Source: Vicugna vicugna (taxonomy: Eukaryota). From it: a stretch of 64,000 nucleotides of DNA. Below the pieces are notes generated by a model. That model ran no database searches, was not told the DNA's origin, and saw only the letters and a program-made list of their open reading frames with translations. The position numbers and the translations under genes were made by a program. Location: positions 2,790,911 to 2,854,910 of the forward strand of contig MU058531.1 in assembly GCA_013265495.1 (NCBI GenBank). The letters are read 5' to 3'. Position 1 is the first letter of the stretch. Every line of letters starts with the position of its first letter. Shown here in pieces: positions 24,274-38,097 of this stretch.

Positions 24274-25639
24274 CTTCCATACTCATTTGTTTGTTCAATT
24301 CTTATGAAGGACCAACTAAGTCGAAGCTACTGCACTTGGGTGCTGTGAGGGTTAGAGGAATAATGAGACACAGCCACTGGCCGCCGTGGGCTTTCCTTTT
24401 GCCAGGATAGATGTTCTGGAAGCAAGGAGATGAGCCAGGGACCAGTGTACCAGTTGGCTAAGAGGAAGTGAGGTCTGAACTGGCAAGTAGCAGAGATCAT
24501 TGAGCTGAGGAAATAAATGTGCCTGATGAAGTAGGTGACAATGTCTAGACTGAGAAAAGAGAGGAGCCACAGAGGACTCTGGGTACTCCTGGCTGGGCGG
24601 CTGGGACAACAGAGAGGCTGTGAACAGCAAAAGCACTTCATGAGGAGAGCAGGTATGAGGTCAGGGAGGAATGGCTGAGTTTGAGCTCAGTCACGGTAAG
24701 TCTGCGGTGCCTGCCGAACATAAAGGTGAAGGTTTCTGGTGGGGAATGGGGAATAATCATTATGATAGTTTCTTTCCTCTTTTGTTTTACCTGAGATGTA
24801 GTTGACCTATAGCATCGTGTAAGTTTAAGGTGTATGATGTGTTGACTGGATACACTCACTGCATGTTGCAATCTGAGTCATCGTAGTATTCCTTATTATT
24901 AACCCTCAGGTGCCGGGGCTGTCGGCTGCACGCACTGGTTTATGGGTCACGCTTTGCTGAAAGTGGAAGTTGAAGCTTCCCTTCCACTGAGGTGAGGTTT
25001 GGTGAATCACTGAGGGAGCCTAGGGAAGAGTCGCAGAGCCCCAGGGAAGGCCAAGGCCTGTGTTTACAGTGTGAGAGGAAGAGACAGAGCAGGCTGATGA
25101 GACACCCGAAGCCCGGGAGAGAGGAGATCAGAACGCTGCGTTGGGCGCGGGCCGAGAAAGGTAGGGGCCCCAGGTCGGGGAGGGGGGTCTACCATGGAGA
25201 AGGATGGAGGGAGTGGGGGAGAACAATGGCTGGGGACATTAGGGGACCTCAGTGACTTTTGAGAGCAGCATGGAGGAGGAGGGAGCCAATTCTGAGGTGC
25301 TGAGGAGAGAGGAGGGGGAGACAGAGGGAGAGGTTTGGAAGTGGAGGCAGGGGTGTGGCATCCCCTTGTGAAAACAAAATTTGAATCTTCATAGCAGGAT
25401 AGGAGGTGGTGCAAGAGCCTACAACAAGAGCCTCACGGAAAGGGGTGCTGTGCCCACTTCTCAGAGGACCTGAGACAGCGGACCCGCAGGCCACATCACT
25501 CAGAGGACATCCAGACAGTGACCCCATCCCCAGGTACCTACACTACTGGAGATTTAAATAATTGATCCCAAGTGTACATTGATTTTACTCATTGCAAGGA
25601 CAGTTTCTTAGAGAAGAGTATCCCCAGTGCATGCCTTAC

Positions 25640-25739
25640 CCAAGTAGTCATCAAGAGAAAACTTGTCGTTATCCCATATCTGGATGATCAGTCTGGGCGG
25701 GACCCGAAATTCAGTTTGGTCAATACTCCAGAAATGCTC
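25640..25739 (-). CDS. MYOF: MYOF exon ~50 (EHFWSIDQTEFRVPPRLIIQIWDNDKFSLDDYL)
   Basis: ttcag|GAG...TTGG|gtaagg; 100 nt, phase 0-1. Confidence 0.95.
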
Positions 25740-26957
25740 CTGAAATGCCAAGAGGGACAGACAAACCAAATGACACCGATTACCAGACCCTTACAACCCT
25801 CCACTTGGGCTCCTGGAAACCCTGATATTAAGACACGGGGCCACCTCCCTGCTTTGCACCCCCACTCGAAACCCATCCCTTTGGCCACCCCTCCACCCCA
25901 TGGTACATAAGGCAGTTGGGCTCCCCAGGAAATCTCAAGACCACCAGATGGGTGACAAAAAGGATGTCCCAGGCAATTCCCAAACAGAAGGTTTCCTGCC
26001 ATGTTCCTATCAGTGTGACTTCCTGCTCCCACTCCTGGGGGACTAATTATGTCTCCTGTCCTAAAGACTATGGCCTGCTTAGATTATCCTCCCAAAGCCA
26101 AGCTATCCTAGGCCAGACCACAATATCCCCTACTGGGGTGTTACTTCTGCTCAGCAACCTTCCGCCCACCCCACAGACTTCCCCCTCAACACGGATATCT
26201 GAGCACACTCATTCCACGTGGGGGTGAGGAGACTGGGGCCCTGACTTCACTCTTTTATCAGTGCGGATTTAAAATGTTCTGGCATTTTTGGCTTTTGAAA
26301 AATATTGGGTTTTACATACTGTGGTCAACTAAGACCCTCAAATCCCTCATCCTGGAATTAGGTGGAGGGAGGATGGGGTAAGGGTCCTCTAAGTTCTTAC
26401 CTCTGGTCCCTGCCTCTGCCCAGACAATATCAGCCAAGGATAAGGACACGTCCACAGCCTAATTACACCTAAGTTCCTCTGGCCCCAAAGAAAGAATTCC
26501 CCCAGTGCTTCATGAATTTGAAGGATGATTGTTGGGTTATTTCTGGTTTTTCATATGAACATCCCAGGAATGTTCCCCTTTGCAAGGCTCAGAGGGTCTG
26601 GCTGTCACGCTGAGAAGCCCACTCTGCTATGGTCTGGCCCCACCTGACCGTCCTGTGTGGGCTCCTGCTCCAAGGACCAGTCTGGGTGCTGGGAGGTCCA
26701 GCTCTAGATGTGGGTAAATAGGAAAGGTAACTTTACCTGAAGGCCTACCTGACCCCTAACCCCTCACTTTCCCCTGGTTGTCTCATCATCTGAAAGTGTG
26801 CAAGGTTCAACGTCAAGTTGAACCTGTCTCTAGAAAGTGCCCTTTGAAAGCATTCATCTCACTTGGACAGAAAACGTGCTTACTATAACAGCGTCAGCAC
26901 TGAGTAGGGCCAGCAGCGGGGTAGGGCCTGGCCAGATGGGACATGAGGGGGGTATAT

Positions 26958-29900
26958 ATGTATGTATTTTTTTAACACCTTTATTGTGGTATGGCTCCTG
27001 TACAGTAAACTACACATATTTCAGATGTACAATTTGATAGATTTTGATTGATGTGTACACCAATGAAACCACCACCACAATCAAGATAGGTAACATTTCC
27101 ATCACTCCCCAACAAGTGCAGTTTCTGAATTCCCAATTTATCCCTTCCCACCTCCTTTAGACCCTGGTAACCATAAGTTTGTTCCCTATGTCTGTGAGTC
27201 TGTTTCTGTTTTGTAAATGAGTTCATTTGTGTCCATTTTTTAGATTCCACATATAAGTGATATCATATGACATTTTTCTTTCTCTTTCTAGATTACTTCA
27301 CTCAGAATTACGATCTCCAGGTACAACCATGTTGCTGCAAATGGTATTATTTTATTCCTTTTTATGGCTGAATAGTGCTCCATTGTATAAATATACCACA
27401 TCTTCTTTATCCAGTCATCTGTTGATGGACATTTGGGTTGTTTCCATGTCTTGGCTATTGTAAATAGTGCTTCTACAAACACTGGAGTGTATGTGTCTTT
27501 CTGAATTATATTTTTCTCCAGATACATGCGGAGGAGTGGAAATTGCTGGATCACATGGTAAGTCTATTTTAGTTTTTTAAGGAACATCCATACTGTCCTC
27601 CATAGTAGCTGCACCAATTTACATTGCCACCAACAGAGTAGTGGGGTTCCTTCTTCTCCACACCCTCAACAGCATTTATCATTTGAAGACTTTTTCATGA
27701 TGGCCATTCTGATTGGTGTGAGGTGATATTGTAATTTTGATTTGCATTTCTCTAACAATTAGTGATGTTGAGCATCTTTTCATGTGCTTGTTGGCCATCT
27801 GCCTGTCTTCTTTGGAGAGATGTCTATTTAGCTCTTCTCCTCATTTTTTGATTGGGTTGCTTGGTTTTTTTGTTTGTTTGTTTTGATATTAAGGTGTATG
27901 AGCGTTTTGTATATCTTGGAAACTAGTCTTGTGTCAGTCACATCATTTGCAAATATTTTCTTCCATTCTGTAGGTTGTCTTTAAGTTTTGTTGATGGTAT
28001 CCTTAGCTGTGCAAAAGCTTTTAAGTTTAATTAGATCCCATTTATTTTTGCTTTTATTTCCAATACTTTAGGAGCTGGTTCAAAAAATTTATTGCTGGGA
28101 TTTTTGTCCAAGAGTGTCCTACCTATGTTTTCCTCTAGGAGTTTTATAGTATTTGGTCTTACATTTAAGCCTTTAATCCATTTTGAGTTTATTTTTGTAT
28201 ATGATGTTAGAGAATGTTCTAGTTTCGGTCTTTTACAGGTAGCTGTCCAGTTTTTCCCAGCACCTCTAACTGAAGAGACTGTCTTTTCTCCATTGTATAT
28301 TCTTGCCTCCTTTGTTGTAGATTGACCATAAGTGTATGGGTTTATTTCTGGACTTTCTATCCTGTTACATTGATCTATGTGTCTGTTTTTATGCCAGTAC
28401 CATATTATTTTGACTTCTGTGGCTTTGTAGTACAGTCTGAAGTCAAGGAGTGTAATTCCTCCAGCTCTGTTCTTCTTTTTCAAGATTACTTTGGCTATTC
28501 AGGGTCTTTTGTGTTTCCACACGAATTTTAACATTTTTTTGTTCCAGCTCTGTGAAAAATGTTATTGGTAATTTGATAGGGATTGAACTGAATCTGTATA
28601 TTGCCTTGGGTCATTTGGCCACTTCAACAATATTGATTCTTCCAATCCAAGAACATGGTGTATCTTTCCATTTGTTCATGTCATCTTCAATTTCTTTCAT
28701 CAGTGTCTTACAGTTTTCAGAGTATAGGTCTTTTGTCTCCTTAGGTAGGTTTATTCCTAGGTATTTTATTCTTTTTGGAGCAATGGTGAATGGCATTGTT
28801 TCCTTAATTTCTTTTTCTGCTATTTCATTTAAGTGTATAGAAATGCAACTGATTTCTGTATATTAATTTTGTATCCTGCAATTTACCAAATTCATTGATG
28901 AGTTCTAATAGTTCTCTGGTCACTTCTTTAGGGTTTTCTATGTGTAGTATTATGTCATCTGAAAACAGTGACAGTTTTACTTCTTCGTTTCCAATTTGGA
29001 TTCCTTTTAGTTCTTTTTATTCTCTGATTGCTATGGCTAGGGCTTCCAAAACTATGTTGAATAAAATTGGCGAAAGTGGGCATCCTTGTCTTCTTCCTGA
29101 TCTTAGTGGAAATGCTTTCAGCTTTTTCCCATTAAGTATGATGTTAGTTGTGGGTCTGTCATATATGACCTTTATTATGTTGAAGTATGTTCCATCTATG
29201 CCCACTTTCTGGAGAGTTTTCATCACAAGTGGATGTTGAATTTTATCAAAAGCTTTTTCTGCATCGATTAAGATGACCATATGGTTTTTATTATTCAGTT
29301 TGTTAATGTGGTGTATCACATTGATTGATTTGTGGATACTGAAAAACACTTGCATCCCTGGATAAATCCCACCTGATCATGGTGTATGATCCTTTTAGTG
29401 CATTGTTGGAGTTGATTTGCTAGAATTTGTTGATTTTTGCATCTATATTCATAAGTGATATTGCCCTATAATTTTCTTTTTTTGTGATATCTTTGGTTTT
29501 GGTATCAGGATGATGATGGCCTCATAGAATGAGTTTGGAAGTATTCCTCTGCAATTTTTAGGAATAGTTTCAGAAAGGAGAGGTGTTAACTCTTCTCTAA
29601 ATGTTTGGTAGAATTCCCTTGTGAAGCTGTCTGATCTTGGACTTTTGTTTTGGGGAGTTTTTAAATTACTGATTCAATTTCAGTTCTGGTAATTTGTCTA
29701 TTCATATTGTCCATTTCTTCCTGGTTCAGTACTGGCAAATTGTACTGTTCTAAGAAGTTGTCCATTTCTTTCACATTGTCCTTTTTGTTGGTGTATAGCT
29801 GCTCATAGTAGCCTCTTACGGTTCCTTGTATTTCTGTGAATTCAGTTATAACTTTTTTTCATTTCTGATTTTATTAATTTGGGCCCTCCCTTTTTTCTTG

Positions 29901-32900
29901 CTGAGTCTGACTAAAGGTTTATCAATTTTATTTATCTTTTCAAAGAACCAGCTTTTAGTTTCATAGATCTTTTCTATTTTTTTTTTTTAGTCTCTATTTC
30001 ATTTAGTTCTGCTCTGATCTTTGATTTCTTTTCTTCTACTAACTTTGGGTTTTGTTTGTTCTTCTTTCTTCGGCTGCTTTAGGTGTCAGGTTAGGTTGTT
30101 TACTCGAGATTTTTCTTGTTTCCTGAGGTAGGCATCCCTATAAACTTCCCTCTTAAAACTGCTTTTGCTGCATCCCAGAGGTTTTGGATCATTGTGTTTT
30201 CATTTTCATTTGCCTCAAAATATTTTTTGATTTCCTCTTTGATTTCTTCACTGAGCCATTGGTTGTTTAGTAGCATATTGTTTAGCTTCCACGTTTGCAG
30301 TTTTTGCAGTTCTTTTTTCTTATAGTTGATTTCTAACCTTATAGTGTTGTGGGAAGAGAAAATGCTTGGTGTTATTTCAGTTTTCCTAAATTTATTGAGG
30401 CTAGCTTTGTGGGCCAGTATGTGGTCGATTCTGGAGAATGTTCTATATGCCCTTGAGAAGAATATGTATTTTGTTGCTTTCAGGTGGATATTAAGTCCGT
30501 CTAGTCTAATATGTTATTTAGGGCCTGTATTTCCATATTGATATTCTGTCTGGATGATCTGTCCATTTGATATAAGTGGGGTGTTAAGGTCCCCCACTAT
30601 TATTGTGTATTGTCTATTTCTCCTTTTATGTCTGTTAACAATTGTCTTATGTATTGAGGTGCTCCTATGTTGGGTACATATGTATTTACAATTGTTACAT
30701 CTTCTTGGATTGATCCCTTGAGCATTATGTAGTGTCCTGCTTTGTCTATTGTAACAGTCTTTATTTGAAAACCCATTTTGTCTGATATAAGTATTGTTAC
30801 TCCAGCTTTGTTTGATTTCTGTTTACATGGAATATCTTTTTCCATCCCCTTACTTTCAGCCTGCATGTGTCTCTGCTCTGAAGTGGGTCTCTTGTAGACA
30901 GTGTACCCGTTCAGCCAGTCTGTGTCTTTTGGTTGGAGCATTTAATCCATTTACATTTAAGGTAATTATTGATACATATGTTCTTATTGCCATTTTGTTA
31001 ATTGCTTTGGGTTTGTTTTTGTAGGTCTTTTTTTTTTTCCTCTTTCTTTTTGTTCTCTTTTCTTGTGGTTTGATGACTAGAGAAGTTCCTTTAACATTTG
31101 TTGTAAAGCTGGTTTGGTGGTGCTGAATTCTTTTAGCTTTTGTTTATCTGTGAAGCTTTCAATTTCTCCATCAAATCTGAATGAGAGCCTTGCTGGATAG
31201 AGTGTTCTTGATTGTAAGTTGTTCCCTTTCATTACTTTAAATATATCATGCCACTCCCTTCTGGCCTGTAGAGTTTCTGCTGAAAAATCAGCTGATAACC
31301 TATGGGAGTTCCCTTGTATGTTATTTGTTGCTTTTCTCTTGCTAATTTTAATATTTTTTTCCTTATCCTTAGTTTTTGTCAATTTGATGACTGTGCCTTA
31401 GTGTGTTCCTCTTTGAGTTGATCTCTGCACCTCCTGGACTTGGGTGGCTGTTTCCTTTCCCAAGTTAAGGAAGTTTTCAGTTATTATCTCTTCAAAAATT
31501 TTCTCAGGTCCTTTCTCTCTCTCTTCTCTTTCTGGGACCCCTATAACGTGAATATTAGTGCACTTCATGTTGTCCTAGAATGCTCTTAAACTATCTTCAT
31601 TTCTTTTCATTCTTTTTTCTTTTTTCTGTTCTGCAGTAGTGATTTCCACTAATCTGTCTTATAGCTCACTGACTTGTTAGTCTATTCTTGGCTCCTTCTG
31701 GTATGTTATTCATTTCAGTAATTTTATTCTTCAACTCTGCTTGGGTATTCTTTATATTTTCCAACTCTTTGCTAAAAACTTAGCTCTCTACATCTATACT
31801 CCTCTTGAGTTCTCCGAACATCTTCTCCATGAGTACTTTAAACTCCTTCTCGGATAAATTCCCTATCTCCTCATCACTTATTTCTTCTTTTGGGATTTTA
31901 TCTTGTGCCTTGCTCTGGAAGATATTCCTCTGCCACCTCATATTGTCTGTCTTTGTACTTTCAGGTAGTTTACTTACGTTTCTCAACCTTGGAGAAGTGG
32001 CCCTCTGTGGGAGATGTCCTATGTGTCCCAGCAGTACACTCCTCTCTTGTCACCCAAGGGCCAGGGTGCAGCAGGCCCCAGTGTAGAGTCTGGCCTGCAT
32101 TTGTAGATTCCTTCCATATGCTTTGGGATTGTTTTCTTATTTCTGGTGTCTGCCACCCTGTGAATGAGGCTGGACTAGAGGTTTATGCAGGTTTCCTGGC
32201 AGGAGGATTCAGTGCTTGCCCACTGCTGGGTGAAGATTCGTCCTGGACCTCTGGTGGTAGGGGCATGGTAGAGGTGTTTGTCCACTGATGTGTGTGGCTG
32301 CATTTCCACTCAGTATGTTGTTTGGCCTGAGGCTTCCCAGCATTTAAGCCTGCAGGCTGTTGAGTGGGGCTAGGTCTTGGTGCTAATGATCCAATCAAGA
32401 TGTCAGCCTCCAGGAAAGCTCATGTAGATGAACACTCCCAGAATGTCTGCTACCACCTTTTATGTCCCCAAGGTGAGCCAGAGCTGTCCCCTACCTCCTC
32501 AGGAGACCTTCCAAAGCCAGCAAGGAGGCCTGGCCTGGGTTCCTGTGGCATCACTGCCTCTACCCTTGGACCTGGCACACAAGAGATTCTGTGTACACTT
32601 CCCAAAAGAATCAAGTCTCTATTTTCCCCAGTGTCATGGGACTCCTGGAGTTAAGTCCTGCTGGCTTTCAAAACCAAATGTCCTAGGGCCTCCTCCTCCC
32701 AATGCCAGAACCCCAGGCTGGGGACCCTGACGTGGGGCTCAGGACTGTCACTCTTGTGGGAGGGCCTCTGTGACTTATTCTTCAGCTTGTGGGTTGCCCA
32801 CCTTGGAGGTATGGGGCCTGATTATATTGTGAGCACACCCATCCAACCATCGCGTTGTGGTTCCCTCTTTATGTTTCCAGTTGAAGATGGTCTTTTTTGC

Positions 32901-33019
32901 TAGGTTCTAGTTTTTTGTGGTTTTTTTGAGTTTTTTAGCAGTCAGTTGTGGTTTTGTTGTGGTAGCACAGAGAGGTGAGCTCATGGTCCTACTACTCCTC
33001 CATCTTGACTGGAAATCCT
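26958..33019 (-). mobile_element. Full-length decayed LINE-1 (about 6.06 kb) in MYOF intron ~49, same orientation as the gene
   Basis: 5' end aggatttccagtcaagatggaggagtag (YY1-site-like); ORF1 fragment LSADFSAETLQARREW...YPARLSF; ORF2 endonuclease and RT fragments ([29 protein letters not shown]); many stops and frameshifts; candidate TSD at 26944-26957 and 33020-33033. Confidence 0.95.
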
Positions 33020-33139
33020 TGAGGTGGGTATATTTTGATCAGGTGTGGGGTGAGGTGGTGCCAGGCAGAGCTAGGGAAAGTTTATAGAATACGGACAAAG
33101 GGGAATGGGATGAGGGCCTATAAAAGAAATCTGCTATTA

Positions 33140-33625
33140 CTACCTGCCCAGGTTTTAGGCCCCCTTTCTGGGATGAAAGCAGCCAGACTGTCCTTAAAGA
33201 TTCATGCAATTTGGGAAGAACCAACTCTATCCCTCTTGCACCATTCAGAGCACTACATCCCTGGGCAACATTGGTTGGTTCAGAGATGGGCCTGTGACCT
33301 CGAACAGGCAGACTCTGGGGCCCAATTTCCAGAACCTGGTTAGTGCCTTCAGGGATTTGTCCTCCCTCTGCTGAGGCTGCTGAGAGGCAGGATGTGAGCT
33401 GGGGCTGCTGGCAGCCATTCTGCCTCCACCAGGGAATGAGGCCCAGGGCAGAAAGCCAGCAGAGGGGCAGAGAAAGCGAGAGCGGTTTCGAAAGACATCG
33501 GTTCAGCCTGGGATCCAGGCATTCCTCAAGCCAGCCAACCCTGGACTTTTTAATAATGTGAGCCCATAAATCACCTTTTTGGTATAAGCCAGTTTGAGTT
33601 GAGTTCTATAAGTGAGTCTGACAAA
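33140..33625 (+). mobile_element. MaLR (MLT1-like) LTR remnant
   Basis: ggcagccattctg...cctggacttt...gtgagcccataaat...taagccagtttgagttgagtt. Confidence 0.6.
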
Positions 33626-33969
33626 TTAAGACCAGGAGGGCCCTGAACCCTCATGGATGTGCTTCTGAAGGAAGCAGGGCAGATGCTTAGGGTTAATATG
33701 GCAGGTAAAAGGGAAACTTCACCTACTGTAGTGTTTCCCCTCTGGTTAATTAGTCCAGCAGTGCTGCTTATCAGTGGAAGAAAGTGGTCTCCCCGTAACA
33801 TAAACATATATGTAGGTTGTTGTAAATATTGATACAAGACCCCCACATCTACCTTTTACCAGATCCCTCTGCCTGCTGCCCACCTGTTGGGGGGAAGAAA
33901 ATTTGTGCTCCTTACACCTCTAACCACACAAATAGCTGCCATAGCTGTGTGACCCTGCGTAAGTATCTA

Positions 33970-34275
<306 letters not shown>

Positions 34276-36351
34276 TTAGCTTTGTGTGATTGACAAGTAA
34301 TCTAGCCGCAAAATTGTGCAGTGATTAGAAGAGTCAAGGGCAGGAGAATTAATGCACTTTTCTTGGGCAGGTTCCAGTTATCTATGGAGCTAGGGGGTGA
34401 TTTATGGAGGGGAGGCACTCCATTGCCTCTAACACAGGTTGTAGCCAAATAAAATATAATTCCTCTAAAACCAAAGCAGGAAACCCTTTAGACTACAGTT
34501 AACAGGGATAAGGTGAAATTTTCTGGAAAATATCAACAACTGGGCTGCTATTTTGGGAACGCTGAAGCTTGCTGGCTATGACTGTAGTCTCCCTGACTAT
34601 ATAACTCATCCATGTCTGTCATCACTGCTGATAGGCTCAATGAATATGGGTTAGTTCAAAATTTTAGCATTTCCTTTTCCATATTTTACTTAAGCAAACA
34701 GGCATGACTTAATCTTACAGCTTCCTTTTTAAATTATTCCTCAATTTACTCTGATCACATTAATGAGACTAGCAAGGGAGATGTAAGCTGCTACTTCTAT
34801 ATGCGTATCTATAAAAATTCATTTCCACCAGCAATGTAACATCTTAACTTCTGACATCTGTAGAGTTGCTTTTGGCCTGTGCCTGGCATACAGCAGATGG
34901 GTTGAAGGGGTGCATGAATGAACGTGGCTGGGAGGAAGTGTTGTCACATCTGCCTGCTATGGGGAAGACTCTTGGTTTGGAACCAGAGAAATACGAGATT
35001 TTAGACTAGAAAAGTGGAGGAATGCATGGTTCTCAACACTGACTGCACATTAGAGTCACTGGAATCAGCTGGGGAGCTTTTAGAGATAATGACGTCAGGA
35101 CCCCACGGGGAGAGACTCTCAGCAGGAGGCAGGTCTGGCTGTGAATTTACTCTTCCACTGACTCTCAGCTTCATCTCCCATGTGTAAAATGAGGTTAATG
35201 AGGTTAATGATATGTGCTCTCTTCAGATGGTCCACACGAGGACAGAATGAGAAGGCCGGGGGGGGGGAAGGGGGAAATCCTTAAGTCCACATTACGACCG
35301 TCGCTATGAACCAGGTCAGGTATGTAACATGACTTATTTTATTCTTCCCAACTGTGTAACTATCTCCATTTCACAGATGAGGAAACTGAGGTTCACAAAG
35401 GATCTACATCTCACAGAGCTAGCAACAGACAGAAGTAAGTATAACCCCTAGGCCTGCCTGACTCCAAAGTCCAGGACTATCACTCTGCTCAAAGGACCAT
35501 GGATTCTAGAAAGTCATGTGCTGACATTAGGTCCTATTTTTGGTAGTGGTATTAATACCAATCAACTACAGTAGTTTTACTTTTTCCTAGTCAATTAACT
35601 ACCCAGAGAACTTAGTTGAGTCTTTTTGACAATTAACTTTTAAGCTCTTGAACTGACTCCCTGAATAGAGTCCACACTCTTTGGCAAGGACCTTGGTAGC
35701 TTCACCTCCTGGCCCATCCCCAGATGTCACCATCACCCTCCCCCAGATCGCTTACCCCTGTAGCTCTTCCCTCCCTTTTTTCATGAATCTTTTTCACATT
35801 TTTATTGGAAAACAAGTTAAACAACTACTCTAAGTGTATGTATTTGTGTACTTACTGGGTGTTACCTACAAAGCCATACCTATAAGTGTAGTGCATTATT
35901 CATCTTTTCACATATAGTATTTAGATTTTCATTCCAAATAGAATATGGTACTTTAGGTTGTGCTTTATTCTTTTGATTACTGGAGTTTTCTCTCCGTCCA
36001 GTATTACTTGAGTTTGTTTCTCTGATTGGAAAAAAAATGCTTATGATACTCAAATAAATTTGCATATATATAATTAGCTGGAATTAGTTTTCCTTAGGGA
36101 ATGTAATAAGATCCTGAAATGAGAAATAATGAAGAACTTGATGAACCATTCCCTGTTTAGACTGAACCTAAATAACAGTAATTATGTCTTTACCAAAGGT
36201 TTGATTGAAGGCCACTTGGGATCCTAAGTGAAACTTTGTCCTCACTTTATGAATATATTAAATTTCAACAAGTCTTATCTTTTACACATCAAGGAACCAA
36301 ACTCAATCCATGTGGAGTGGTAATATACTATCTAAATTTTCCATAGTGTAG

Positions 36352-36640
36352 TGTGATGGTTAATTTGATGTGTCAGTGTGACTGGCCATGGGGTGCCCAG
36401 ATTAAACATTATTTCTGGGTGTGTCTACGAGGATGTTTCTGGGTAAGACTAGAATGTGAATGGGCAGGCTCAGTAAAGCCGATGGCCCTCTCCAGTGTGG
36501 GTAGGCATCATCCCATCTGTTGAGGGCCTGAATACAACAAAAGGCAGAGAAAGAAGGAATTCACTCCCTTTTCTTTCTGCCTCATGGTTTGAACTGGGAT
36601 ATCTCATTTCATCTTCCCCTGACCTCAGACTGAATTACAC
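36352..36640 (+). mobile_element. MLT2 (ERVL) LTR, 5' part
   Basis: tgtgatggttaatttgatgtgtca...ggtgcccagattaaacattatttctgggtgtgtct. Confidence 0.8.
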
Positions 36641-37182
36641 AAGTAACAGCATAACGAGCACCTATGACACGTCACACCCTGGAGGCAGGCACTCGGGAAA
36701 TGATGGTGGAATCAATGATTTTAAAGATTCTGCTCATGTTTCCTTTTTTTCTGTGGACCTGAGCCGCTGGTAATAAAATCTAAAATCTCTAGAAAAAGAA
36801 ATTTTGGAAGCTCTACTTTTGTTTATAGAGCTAGTTATTCAAGGTCTCAAAAAGGATTTAAAATGAACTATATGACTAAAAAGGCTCAGAAATAACAAGT
36901 CTGCTTAACAAACTGAACAAAACCCGCTTTCTTAGAAGAGAAGCAGAGAAACACTGAGCAGTTCTGATCGGCATGAGATGCCTCCGCTCATAAACAACGT
37001 TCACGTGGGTTTCTTTCTTTCCTGTTCTTTCTCCCTTTGTCTCCCTGGAGCTCCCTAAACAAACTGCATTAATGAGATAAAACAGCTTTGAGCAGCCAAG
37101 ATCCTAGAGTGGACACCTTCAGTCATGAAAGAGAGAGCCTGTTTTGTTCTGAGTGTGTCAAAGACTTGCGCGCCGGCCTCAC

Positions 37183-37278
37183 CCTTTGACGTAGATGTCG
37201 CTCATTTCCTCCCCTGTGATGCTCTTCTCGTCCAGGACAACATCCTTTGTGTTCCAGATGATCACACGCAGGTAGTAC
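37183..37278 (-). CDS. MYOF: MYOF exon ~48 ([31 protein letters not shown])
   Basis: ttcag|G...GG|gtgagg; 96 nt, phase 2-2; preceded by an 89-nt intron. Confidence 0.95.
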
Positions 37279-37366
37279 CTGAAAGGAGCGCATTTAGGTG
37301 GTTCCTTTTTCCTCTGGTCCTGACCCAAGACCCCAGGACAATACAGCAGGGTCTCAAGATTACTTA

Positions 37367-37456
<90 letters not shown>

Positions 37457-38085
37457 CTAGATCATTCAAAAATGAAAAGAGGAAGTTATGTGATGGGTGG
37501 TAGAGGCTACAATTTTCTTTCATATTTCTTAGGCGAGACTAGTTCTTTGGGTCTCTTAATTTATTAGTCCATATGGACAGCAAAAAAAAAAGAGGAGTAA
37601 AAGAGTGAAGCAAGACGAATCTTATACCATCAGTGTCACTCAGACCATCCACCCCATTCTCTCTCAGGGGTCTCCGATGGAGGTACATGCCCATCTGTAT
37701 CATAGTCTGAGTCTTCCCACTGCTAACAGCACACATACACACACCCTCGTACAACAACTTAAAGTTGGGCTCTTCTCTCAGAACAGTTTTCATCCTGTCC
37801 CTCTATCGATCATCGCATTGTCTACTTGATACCAGTCCCAGTTTTGTGACACCCAAGGGTTTCTCTACTTACCTCCAGACAGAAAGCCAAAATAATGAAA
37901 AAAGGTATTTAATTTTTTAAAATAAAGAATTAACAGCATGGCACTTTCAAAGGAGAGACTCAGACAATGACAAGAACATGACAGTTCCCCCAAGTTGAGG
38001 GCTCCCTGCATTGGCTTGCTAGAGCCCACCCCCCGGGAGGGGACTCCCAGCAAGGGAGAGGGCGAAAGTCTGGACTCACAGCTGT

Positions 38086-38097
38086 GCCGCCATCTTG
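38086..38097 (-). promoter_or_regulatory. Consensus YY1 motif (overlapping a CTCF-like core)
   Basis: Minus strand reads CAAGATGGCGGC; motif evidence only. Confidence 0.45.

Noticed and set aside
28031..31986. Reverse transcriptase, endonuclease and ORF1-like ORFs as a possible novel or active system
   Set aside because: They are ordinary LINE-1 ORF1/ORF2 pieces broken by many stops and frameshifts.
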